Shown here: positions 51,944-64,000 of the stretch, piece after piece
Layout of the letters: the number at the start of each line of letters is the position of its first letter
Numbering within the stretch: position 1 is the first letter of the stretch
NCBI GenBank assembly: GCA_964057225.1
Contig: OZ059899.1
Coordinates: forward strand, 2,170,001-2,234,000
Reading direction: 5' to 3'
Length of the DNA stretch: 64,000 nt
From: Auanema rhodensis
Lineage: Eukaryota > Animalia > Nematoda
Translations under genes and position numbers: made by a program
The notes under the pieces: generated by a model
What the model saw: only the letters and a program-made list of their open reading frames with translations
Told to the model about the DNA's origin: nothing
Databases searched by the model: none

Positions 51944-54900
51944 TTTTTCAAACGATCATAACTAATTTTTGTATCAAGCGTTTCTCGATGTAGTATAGTG
52001 CATTCGATGCGGATTTTTAAGCTGCGTCGATCTGTGTTATCAGATTTGCGCTAGCTTAAAAATGCACCGAGATATCAACTGATATAAGTTCACACTTATA
52101 TCCTCGATTTTCACCCTGAACAATTAATTTTTTCGTTGAATAACATTGTCCATCGTCTTTGCCTTGAAAAATGGAATCTAAAAACTTCTACTTTTTGCTA
52201 AATTATTTTGAAATTTTTCGAAAAAATTTTTGTCAAAATGTTTTTGGAAGCAATGTTGAGTGTACATGGAAACTCAACATACACTAATGCATCATTTTTC
52301 AAACGATCATAACTAATTTTTGTATCAAACGTTTCTCAATGTAGTATAGTGCATTCGATGCGGATTTTTAAGCTGCGTCGATCTGTGTTATCAGATTTGC
52401 GCTAGCTTAGAAATGCACCGAGATATCAACTGATATAAGTTCACACTTATATCCTCGATTTTCACCCTGAAGAATTAATTTTTTCGTTGAATAGCATTGT
52501 CCATCGTCTTTGCCTTGAAAAAAGGAATCTAAAAACATCTACTTTTTGCTAAATTATTTTGAAATTTTTCGAAAAAATTTTTGTCAAAATGTTTTTGGAA
52601 GCAATGTTGAGTGTACATGGAAACTCAACATACACTAATGCATCATTTTTCAAACGATCATAACTAATTTTTGTATCAAACGTTTCTCAATGTAGTATAG
52701 TGCATTCGATGCGGATTTTTAAGCTGCGTCGATCTGTGTTATCAGATTTGCGCTAGCTTAAAAATGCACCGAGATATCAACTGATATAAGTTCACACTTA
52801 TATCCTCGATTTTCACCCTGAACAATTAATTTTTTCGTTGAATAACATTGTCCATCGTCTTTGCCTTGAAAAATGGAATCTAAAAACTTCTACTTTTTGC
52901 TAAATTATTTTGAAATTTTTCGAAAAAATTTTTGTCAAAATGTTTTTGGAAGCAATGTTGAGTGTACATGGAAACTCAACATACACTAATGCATCATTTT
53001 TCAAACGATCATAACTAATTTTTGTATCAAACGTTTCTCAATGTAGTATAGTGCATTCGATGCGGATTTTTAAGCTGCGTCGATCTGTGTTATCAGATTT
53101 GCGCTAGCTTAGAAATGCACCGAGATATCAACTGATATAAGTTCACACTTATATCCTCGATTTTCACCCTGAAGAATTAATTTTTTCGTTGAATAGCATT
53201 GTCCATCGTCTTTGCCTTGAAAAAAGGAATCTAAAAACATCTACTTTTTGCTAAATTATTTTGAAATTTTTCGAAAAAATTTTTGTCAAAATGTTTTTGG
53301 AAGCAATGTTGAGTGTACATGGAAACTCAACATACACTAATGCATCATTTTTCAAACGATCATAACTAATTTTTGTATCAAACGTTTCTCAATGTAGTAT
53401 AGTGCATTCGATGCGGATTTTTAAGCTGCGTCGATCTGTGTTATCAGATTTGCGCTAGCTTAGAAATGCACCGAGATATCAACTGATATAAGTTCACACT
53501 TATATCCTCGATTTTCACCCTGAAGAATTAATTTTTTCGTTGAATAGCATTGTCCATCGTCTTTGCCTTGAAAAAAGGAATCTAAAAACATCTACTTTTT
53601 GCTAAATTATTTTGAAATTTTTCGAAAAAATTTTTGTCAAAATGTTTTTGGAAGCAATGTTGAGTGTACATGGAAACTCAACATACACTAATGCATCATT
53701 TTTCAAACGATCATAACTAATTTTTGTATCAAACGTTTCTCAATGTAGTATAGTGCATTCGATGCGGATTTTTAAGCTGCGTCGATCTGTGTTATCAGAT
53801 TTGCGCTAGCTTAAAAATGCACCGAGATATCAACTGATATAAGTTCACACTTATATCCTCGATTTTCACCCTGAACAATTAATTTTTTCGTTGAATAACA
53901 TTGTCCATCGTCTTTGCCTTGAAAAAAGGAATCTAAAAACATCTACTTTTTGCTAAATTATTTTGAAATTTTTGGAAAAAATTTTTGTCAAAATGTTTTT
54001 GGAAGCAATGTTGAGTGTACATGGAAACTCAACATACACTAATGCATCATTTTTCAAACGATCATAACTAATTTTTGTATTAAGCGTTTCTCAATGTAGT
54101 ATAGTGCATTCGATGCGGATTTTTAAGCTGCGTCGATCTGTGTTATCAGATTTGCGCTAGCTTAGAAATGCACCGAGATATCAACTGATATAAGTTCACA
54201 CTTATATCCTCGATTTTCACCCTGAAGAATTAATTTTTTCGTTGAATAGCATTGTCCATCGTCTTTGCCTTGAAAAAAGGAATCTAAAAACATCTACTTT
54301 TTGCTAAATTATTTTGAAATTTTTCGAAAAAATTTTTGTCAAAATGTTTTTGGAAGCAATGTTGAGTGTACATGGAAACTCAACATACACTAATGCATCA
54401 TTTTTCAAACGATCATAACTAATTTTTGTATTAAGCGTTTCTCAATGTAGTATAGTGCATTCGATGCGGATTTTTAAGCTGCGTCGATCTGTGTTATCAG
54501 ATTTGCGCTAGCTTAGAAATGCACCGAGATATCAACTGATATAAGTTCACACTTATATCCTCGATTTTCACCCTGAAGAATTAATTTTTTCGTTGAATAG
54601 CATTGTCCATCGTCTTTGCCTTGAAAAAAGGAATCTAAAAACATCTACTTTTTGCTAAATTATTTTGAAATTTTTCGAAAAAATTTTTGTCAAAATGTTT
54701 TTGGAAGCAATGTTGAGTGTACATGGAAACTCAACATACACTAATGCATCATTTTTCAAACGATCATAACTAATTTTTGTATCAAACGTTTCTCAATGTA
54801 GTATAGTGCATTCGATGCGGATTTTTAAGCTGCGTCGATCTGTGTTATCAGATTTGCGCTAGCTTAAAAATGCACCGAGATATCAACTGATATAAGTTCA

Positions 54901-57900
54901 CACTTATATCCTCGATTTTCACCCTGAACAATTAATTTTTTCGTTGAATAACATTGTCCATCGTCTTTGCCTTGAAAAAAGGAATCTAAAAACATCTACT
55001 TTTTGCTAAATTATTTTGAAATTTTTCGAAAAAATTTTTGTCAAAATGTTTTTGGAAGCAATGTTGAGTGTACATGGAAACTCAACATACACTAATGCAT
55101 CATTTTTCAAACGATCATAACTAATTTTTGTATCAAGCTTTTCTCAATGTAGTATAGTGCATTCGATGCGGATTTTTAAGCTGCGTCGATCTGTGTTATC
55201 AGATTTGCGCTAGCTTGAAAATGCACCGAGATATCAACTGATATAAGTTCACACTTATATCCTCGATTTTCACCCTGAAGAATTAATTTTTTCGTTGAAT
55301 AACATTGTCTATCGTCTTTGCCTTGAAAAATGGAATCTAAAAACATCTACTTTTTACTAAATTATTTTGAAATTTTTCGAAAAAATTTTTGTCAAAATGT
55401 TTTTGGAAGCAATGTTGAGTGTACATGGAAACTCAACATACACTAATGCATCATTTTTCAAACGATCATAACTAATTTTTGTATCAAACGTTTCTCAATG
55501 TAGTATAGTGCATTCGATGCGGATTTTTAAGCTGCGTCGATCTGTGTTATCAGATTTGCGCTAGCTTAAAAATGCACCGAGATATCAACTGATATAAGTT
55601 CACACTTATATCCTCGATTTTCACCCTGAACAATTAATTTTTTCGTTGAATAACATTGTCCATCGTCTTTGCCTTGAAAAAAGGAATCTAAAAACATCTA
55701 CTTTTTGCTAAATTATTTTGAAATTTTTGGAAAAAATTTTTGTCAAAATGTTTTTGGAAGCAATGTTGAGTGTACATGGAAACTCAACATACACTAATGC
55801 ATCATTTTTCAAACGATCATAACTAATTTTTGTATTAAGCGTTTCTCAATGTAGTATAGTGCATTCGATGCGGATTTTTAAGCTGCGTCGATCTGTGTTA
55901 TCAGATTTGCGCTAGCTTAGAAATGCACCGAGATATCAACTGATATAAGTTCACACTTATATCCTCGATTTTCACCCTGAAGAATTAATTTTTTCGTTGA
56001 ATAGCATTGTCCATCGTCTTTGCCTTGAAAAAAGGAATCTAAAAACATCTACTTTTTGCTAAATTATTTTGAAATTTTTCGAAAAAATTTTTGTCAAAAT
56101 GTTTTTGGAAGCAATGTTGAGTGTACATGGAAACTCAACATACACTAATGCATCATTTTTCAAACGATCATAACTAATTTTTGTATTAAGCGTTTCTCAA
56201 TGTAGTATAGTGCATTCGATGCGGATTTTTAAGCTGCGTCGATCTGTGTTATCAGATTTGCGCTAGCTTAGAAATGCACCGAGATATCAACTGATATAAG
56301 TTCACACTTATATCCTCGATTTTCACCCTGAAGAATTAATTTTTTCGTTGAATAGCATTGTCCATCGTCTTTGCCTTGAAAAAAGGAATCTAAAAACATC
56401 TACTTTTTGCTAAATTATTTTGAAATTTTTCGAAAAAATTTTTGTCAAAATGTTTTTGGAAGCAATGTTGAGTGTACATGGAAACTCAACATACACTAAT
56501 GCATCATTTTTCAAACGATCATAACTAATTTTTGTATCAAGCTTTTCTCAATGTAGTATAGTGCATTCGATGCGGATTTTTAAGCTGCGTCGATCTGTGT
56601 TATCAGATTTGCGCTAGCTTGAAAATGCACCGAGATATCAACTGATATAAGTTCACACTTATATCCTCGATTTTCACCCTGAAGAATTGATTTTTTCGTT
56701 GAATAACATTGTCTATCGTCTTTGCCTTGAAAAATGGAATCTAAAAACATCTACTTTTTGCTAAATTATTTTGAAATTTTTCGAAAAAATTTTTGTCAAA
56801 ATGTTTTTGGAAGCAATGTTGAGTGTACATGGAAACTCAACATACACTAATGCATCATTTTTCAAACGATCATAACTTATTTGTGTATTAAGCGTTTCTC
56901 GATGTAGTATAGTGCATTCGATGCGGATTTTTAAGCTGCGTCGATCTGTGTTATCAGATTTGCGCTAGCTTAAAAATGCACCGAGATATCAACTGATATA
57001 AGTTCACACTTATATCCTCGATTTTCACCCTGAAGAATTAATTTTTTCGTTGAATAACATTGTCTATCGTCTTTGCCTTGAAAAATGGAATCTAAAAACA
57101 TCTACTTTTTGCTAAATTATTTTGAAATTTTTCGAAAAAATTTTTGTCAAAATGTTTTTGGAAGCAATGTTGAGTGTACATGGAAACTCAACATACACTA
57201 ATGCATCATTTTTCAAACGATCATAACTAATTTTTGTATTAAGCTTTTCTCAATGTAGTATAGTGCATTCGATGCGGATTTTTAAGCTGCGTCGATCTGT
57301 GTTATCAGATTTGCGCTAGCTTGAAAATGCACCGAGATATCAACTGATATAAGTTCACACTTATATCCTCGATTTTCACCCTGAAGAATTGATTTTTTCG
57401 TTGAATAACATTGTCTATCGTCTTTGCCTTGAAAAATGGAATCTAAAAACATCTACTTTTTGCTAAATTATCTTGAAATTTTTCGAAAAAATTTTTGTCA
57501 AAATGTTTTTGGAAGCAATGTTGAGTGTACATGGAAACTCAACATACACTAATGCATCATTTTTCAAACAATCATAACTTATTTGTGTATTAAGCGTTTC
57601 TCGATGTAGTATAGTGCATTCGATGCGGATTTTTAAGCTGCGTCGATCTGTGTTATCAGATTTGCGCTAGCTTAAAAATGCACCGAGATATCAACTGATA
57701 TAAGTTCACACTTATATCCTCGATTTTCACCCTGAAGAATTGATTTTTTCGTTGAATAGCATTGTCCATCGTCTTTGCCTTGAAAAAAGGAATCTAAAAA
57801 CATCTACTTTTTACTAAATTATTTTGAAATTTTTCGAAAAAATTTTTGTCAAAATGTTTTTGGAAGCAATGTTGAGTGTACATGGAAACTCAACATACAC

Positions 57901-58963
57901 TAATGCATCATTTTTCAAACGATCATAACTAATTTTTGTATCAAGCGTTTCTCGATGTAGTATAGTGCATTCGATGCGGATTTTTAAGCTGCGTCGATCT
58001 GTGTTATCAGATTTGCGCTAGCTTGAAAATGCACCGAGATATCAACTGATATAAGTTCACACTTATATCCTCGATTTTCACCCTGAAGAATTGATTTTTT
58101 CGTTGAATAACATTGTCTATCGTCTTTGCCTTGAAAAATGGAATCTAAAAACATCTACTTTTTGCTAAATTATTTTGAAATTTTTCGAAAAAATTTTTGT
58201 CAAAATGTTTTTGGAAGCAATGTTGAGTGTACATGGAAACTCAACATACACTAATGCATCATTTTTCAAACGATCATAACTTATTTGTGTATTGAGCGTT
58301 TCTCGATGTAGTATAGTGCATTCGATGCGGATTTTTAAGCTGCGTCGATCTGTGTTATCAGATTTGCGCTAGCTTAAAAATGCACCGAGATATCAACTGA
58401 TATAAGTTCACACTTATATCCTCGATTTTCACCCTGAAGAATTGATTTTTTCGTTGAATAGCATTGTCCATCGTCTTTGCCTTGAAAAAAGGAATCTAAA
58501 AACATCTACTTTTTGCTAAATTATCTTGAAATTTTTCGAAAAAATTTTTGTCAAAATGTTTTTGGAAGCAATGTTGAGTGTACATGGAAACTCAACATAC
58601 ACTAATGCATCATTTTTCAAACGATCATAACTTATTTGTGTATTGAGCGTTTCTCGATGTAGTATAGTGCATTCGATGCGGATTTTTAAGCTGCGTCGAT
58701 CTGTGTTATCAGATTTGCGCTAGCTTGAAAATGCACCGAGATATCAACTGATATAAGTTCACACTTATATCCTCGATTTTCACCCTGAAGAATTGATTTT
58801 TTCGTTGAATAACATTGTCTATCGTCTTTGCCTTGAAAAATGGAATCTAAAAACATCTACTTTTTGCTAAATTATTTTGAAATTTTTCGAAAAAATTTTT
58901 GTCAAAATGTTTTTGGAAGCAATGTTGAGTGTACATGGAAACTCAACATACACTAATGCATCA

Positions 58964-61900
58964 TTTTTCAAACGATCATAACTTATTTGTGTATTGAGCG
59001 TTTCTCGATGTAGTATAGTGCATTCGATGCGGATTTTTAAGCTGCGTCGATCTGTGTTATCAGATTTGCGCTAGCTTAAAAATGCACCGAGATATCAACT
59101 GATATAAGTTCACACTTATATCCTCGATTTTCACCCTGAAGAATTGATTTTTTCGTTGAATAGCATTGTCCATCGTCTTTGCCTTGAAAAAAGGAATCTA
59201 AAAACATCTACTTTTTACTAAATTATTTTGAAATTTTTCGAAAAAATTTTTGTCAAAATGTTTTTGGAAGCAATGTTGAGTGTACATGGAAACTCAACAT
59301 ACACTAATGCATCATTTTTCAAACGATCATAACTAATTTTTGTATCAAGCGTTTCTCGATGTAGTATAGTGCATTCGATGCGGATTTTTAAGCTGCGTCG
59401 ATCTGTGTTATCAGATTTGCGCTAGCTTAAAAATGCACCGAGATATCAACTGATATAAGTTCACACTTATATCCTCGATTTTCACCCTGAAGAATTGATT
59501 TTTTCGTTGAATAGCATTGTCCATCGTCTTTGCCTTGAAAAAAGGAATCTAAAAACATCTACTTTTTGCTAAATTATTTTGAAATTTTTCGAAAAAATTT
59601 TTGTCAAAATGTTTTTGGAAGCAATGTTGAGTGCACATGGAAACTCAACATACACTAATGCATCATTTTTCAAACGATCATAACTAATTTTTGTATCAAG
59701 CGTTTCTCGATGTAGTATAGTGCATTCGATGCGGATTTTTAAGCTGCGTCGATCTGTGTTATCAGATTTGCGCTAGCTTAAAAATGCACCGAGATATCAA
59801 CTGATATAAGTTCACACTTATATCCTCGATTTTCACCCTGAAGAATTGATTTTTTCGTTGAATAGCATTGTCCATCGTCTTTGCCTTGAAAAAAGGAATC
59901 TAAAAACATCTACTTTTTGCTAAATTATTTTGAAATTTTTCGAAAAAATTTTTGTCAAAATGTTTTTGGAAGCAATGTTGAGTGCACATGGAAACTCAAC
60001 ATACACTAATGCATCATTTTTCAAACGATCATAACTAATTTTTGTATTAAGCGTTTCTCGATGTAGTATAGTGCATTCGATGCGGATTTTTAAGCTGCGT
60101 CGATCTGTGTTATCAGATTTGCGCTAGCTTAAAAATGCACCGAGATATCAACTGATATAAGTTCACACTTATATCCTCGATTTTCACCCTGAAGAATTGA
60201 TTTTTTCGTTGAATAGCATTGTCCATCGTCTTTGCCTTAAAAAAAGGAATCTAAAAACATCTACTTTTTGCTAAATTATTTTGAAATTTTTCGAAAAAAT
60301 TTTTGTCAAAATGTTTTTGGAAGCAATGTTGAGTGCACATGGAAACTCAACATACACTAATGCATCATTTTTCAAACGATCATAACTAATTTTTGTATCA
60401 AGCGTTTCTCGATGTAGTATAGTGCATTCGATGCGGATTTTTAAGCTGCGTCGATCTGTGTTATCAGATTTGCGCTAGCTTAAAAATGCACCGAGATATC
60501 AACTGATATAAGTTCACACTTATATCCTCGATTTTCACCCTGAAGAATTGATTTTTTCGTTGAATAGCATTGTCCATCGTCTTTGCCTTAAAAAAAGGAA
60601 TCTAAAAACATCTACTTTTTGCTAAATTATTTTGAAATTTTTCGAAAAAATTTTTGTCAAAATGTTTTTGGAAGCAATGTTGAGTGCACATGGAAACTCA
60701 ACATACACTAATGCATCATTTTTCAAACGATCATAACTAATTTTTGTATCAAGCGTTTCTCGATGTAGTATAGTGCATTCGATGCGGATTTTTAAGCTGC
60801 GTCGATCTGTGTTATCAGATTTGCGCTAGCTTAAAAATGCACCGAGATATCAACTGATATAAGTTCACACTTATATCCTCGATTTTCACCCTGAAGAATT
60901 AATTTTTTCGTTGAATAACATTGTCTATCGTCTTTGCCTTGAAAAATGGAATCTAAAAACATTTACTTTTTGCTAAATTATTTTGAAATTTTTCGAAAAA
61001 ATTTTTGTCAAAATGTTTTTGGAAGCAATGTTGAGTGTACATGGAAACTCAACATACACTAATGCATCATTTTTCAAACGATCATAACTTATTTGTGTAT
61101 TGAGCGTTTCTCGATGTAGTATAGTGCATTCGATGCGGATTTTTAAGCTGCGTCGATCTGTGTTATCAGATTTGCGCTAGCTTAAAAATGCACCGAGATA
61201 TCAACTGATATAAGTTCACACTTATATCCTCGATTTTCACCCTGAAGAATTGATTTTTTCGTTGAATAGCATTGTCCATCGTCTTTGCCTTGAAAAAAGG
61301 AATCTAAAAACATCTACTTTTTACTAAATTATTTTGAAATTTTTCGAAAAAATTTTTGTCAAAATGTTTTTGGAAGCAATGTTGAGTGTACATGGAAACT
61401 CAACATACACTAATGCATCATTTTTCAAACGATCATAACTAATTTTTGTATCAAGCGTTTCTCGATGTAGTATAGTGCATTCGATGCGGATTTTTAAGCT
61501 GCGTCGATCTGTGTTATCAGATTTGCGCTAGCTTAAAAATGCACCGAGATATCAACTGATATAAGTTCACACTTATATCCTCGATTTTCACCCTGAAGAA
61601 TTGATTTTTTCGTTGAATAGCATTGTCCATCGTCTTTGCCTTGAAAAAAGGAATCTAAAAACATCTACTTTTTGCTAAATTATTTTGAAATTTTTCGAAA
61701 AAATTTTTGTCAAAATGTTTTTGGAAGCAATGTTGAGTGCACATGGAAACTCAACATACACTAATGCATCATTTTTCAAACGATCATAACTAATTTTTGT
61801 ATCAAGCGTTTCTCGATGTAGTATAGTGCATTCGATGCGGATTTTTAAGCTGCGTCGATCTGTGTTATCAGATTTGCGCTAGCTTAAAAATGCACCGAGA

Positions 61901-63175
61901 TATCAACTGATATAAGTTCACACTTATATCCTCGATTTTCACCCTGAAGAATTGATTTTTTCGTTGAATAGCATTGTCCATCGTCTTTGCCTTGAAAAAA
62001 GGAATCTAAAAACATCTACTTTTTGCTAAATTATTTTGAAATTTTTCGAAAAAATTTTTGTCAAAATGTTTTTGGAAGCAATGTTGAGTGCACATGGAAA
62101 CTCAACATACACTAATGCATCATTTTTCAAACGATCATAACTAATTTTTGTATCAAGCGTTTCTCGATGTAGTATAGTGCATTCGATGCGGATTTTTAAG
62201 CTGCGTCGATCTGTGTTATCAGATTTGCGCTAGCTTAAAAATGCACCGAGATATCAACTGATATAAGTTCCCACTTATATCCTCGATTTTCACCCTGAAG
62301 AATTGATTTTTTCGTTGAATAGCATTGTCCATCGTCTTTGCCTTGAAAAAAGGAATCTAAAAACATCTACTTTTTGCTAAATTATTTTGAAATTTTTCGA
62401 AAAAATTTTTGTCAAAATGTTTTTGGAAGCAATGTTGAGTGCACATGGAAACTCAACATACACTAATGCATCATTTTTCAAACGATCATAACTAATTTTT
62501 GTATCAAGCGTTTCTCGATGTAGTATAGTGCATTCGATGCGGATTTTTAAGCTGCGTCGATCTGTGTTATCAGATTTGCGCTAGCTTAAAAATGCACCGA
62601 GATATCAACTGATATAAGTTCACACTTATATCCTCGATTTTCACCCTGAAGAATTGATTTTTTCGTTGAATAGCATTGTCCATCGTCTTTGCCTTAAAAA
62701 AAGGAATCTAAAAACATCTACTTTTTGCTAAATTATTTTGAAATTTTTCGAAAAAATTTTTGTCAAAATGTTTTTGGAAGCAATGTTGAGTGCACATGGA
62801 AACTCAACATACACTAATGCATCATTTTTCAAACGATCATAACTAATTTTTGTATCAAGCGTTTCTCGATGTAGTATAGTGCATTCGATGCGGATTTTTA
62901 AGCTGCGTCGATCTGTGTTATCAGATTTGCGCTAGCTTAAAAATGCACCGAGATATCAACTGATATAAGTTCACACTTATATCCTCGATTTTCACCCTGA
63001 AGAATTAATTTTTTCGTTGAATAACATTGTCTATCGTCTTTGCCTTGAAAAATGGAATCTAAAAACATTTACTTTTTGCTAAATTATTTTGAAATTTTTC
63101 GAAAAAATTTTTGTCAAAATGTTTTTGGAAGCAATGTTGAGTGTACATGGAAACTCAACATACACTAATGCATCA
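58964..63175. repeat. 6-monomer tandem duplication (2106 bp)
   Basis: An acttat/tattgag/tttact monomer lies at 58964 and 61070. Each is followed by four gtgcac monomers and then an aaacattt monomer (60719, 62825). Confidence 0.82.
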
Positions 63176-64000
63176 TTTTTCAAACAATCATAACTAATTT
63201 TTGTATTAAGCGTTTCTCGATGTAGTATAGTGCATTCGATGCGGATTTTTAAGCTGCGTCGATCTGTGTTATCAGATTTGCGCTAGCTTAAAAATGCACC
63301 GAGATATCAACTGATATAAGTTCACACTTATATCCTCGATTTTCACCCTGAACAATTAATTTTTTCGTTGAATAACATTGTCTATCGTCTTTGCCTTGAA
63401 AAATGGAATCTAAAAACATCTACTTTTTGCTAAATTATTTTGAAATTTTTCGAAAAAATTTTTGTCAAAATGTTTTTGGAAGCAATGTTGAGTGTACATG
63501 GAAACTCAACATACACTAATGCATCATTTTTCAAACGATCATAACTAATTTTTGTATCAAGCGTTTCTCAATGTAGTATAGTGCATTCGATGCGGATTTT
63601 TAAGCTGCGTCGATCTGTGTTATCAGATTTGCGCTAGCTTAAAAATGCACCGAGATATCAACTGATATAAGTTCACACTTATATCCTCGATTTTCACCCT
63701 GAACAATTAATTTTTTCGTTGAATAGCATTGTCCATCGTCTTTGCCTTGAAAAAAGGAATCTAAAAACATCTACTTTTTGCTAAATTATTTTGAAATTTT
63801 TCGAAAAAATTTTTGTCAAAATGTTTTTGGAAGCAATGTTGAGTGCACATGGAAACTCAACATACACTAATGCATCATTTTTCAAACGATCATAACTAAT
63901 TTTTGTATCAAGCGTTTCTCGATGTAGTATAGTGCATTCGATGCGGATTTTTAAGCTGCGTCGATCTGTGTTATCAGATTTGCGCTAGCTTAAAAATGCA

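Larger units (their letters stand above)
1..64000. repeat. Tandem satellite DNA array, 351-bp monomer, 182 full copies plus 123 bp; extends beyond both window edges
   Basis: The motif tttttcaaac(g/a)atcataact recurs at 1, 352, 703 ... 21060 ... 63878. 63878 = 1 + 182x351 - 5, matching the five visible 1-bp deletions. No non-repeat sequence or strand switch was seen. Confidence 0.99.

Noticed and set aside
1-64000. CRISPR array or attC-like cassette array (palindromic repeats at regular spacing)
   Set aside because: There are no unique spacers or cassettes because the entire 351 bp is repeated, and no cas or integrase genes are present.
1-64000. Giant repetitive protein (351 bp = 117 codons)
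   Set aside because: The ORF track lists nothing longer than 75 aa, so no frame reads through successive monomers.

Overview
The whole window is one uninterrupted head-to-tail satellite array. It holds 182 complete copies of a 351-bp monomer plus a final 123-bp partial copy, all in the same orientation. The monomer is about 32% GC by hand count, and copies differ by only a few substitutions. Five 1-bp deletions (about 3795, 27645, 28696, 29224 and 38523) account for every net phase shift. I found no credible genes, RNA genes, transposon insertions or CRISPR spacers. The ten 75-aa ORFs all come from one monomer variant that has lost two stop codons. The informative structure is at three levels. 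(1) The monomer is largely built from dyad symmetries. (2) Variation is uneven, with a hypervariable patch of about 7 bp beside near-invariant segments. (3) Diagnostic SNPs resolve nested block duplications of 2 to 20 monomers, including chimeric junction monomers, and the two flanks share alleles that are missing from the core. This fits a eukaryotic, possibly (peri)centromeric, satellite from a genome with little CpG methylation (inference). I cannot name the family or species, and I see no evidence for a novel protein-coding system. All variant calls were made by eye.
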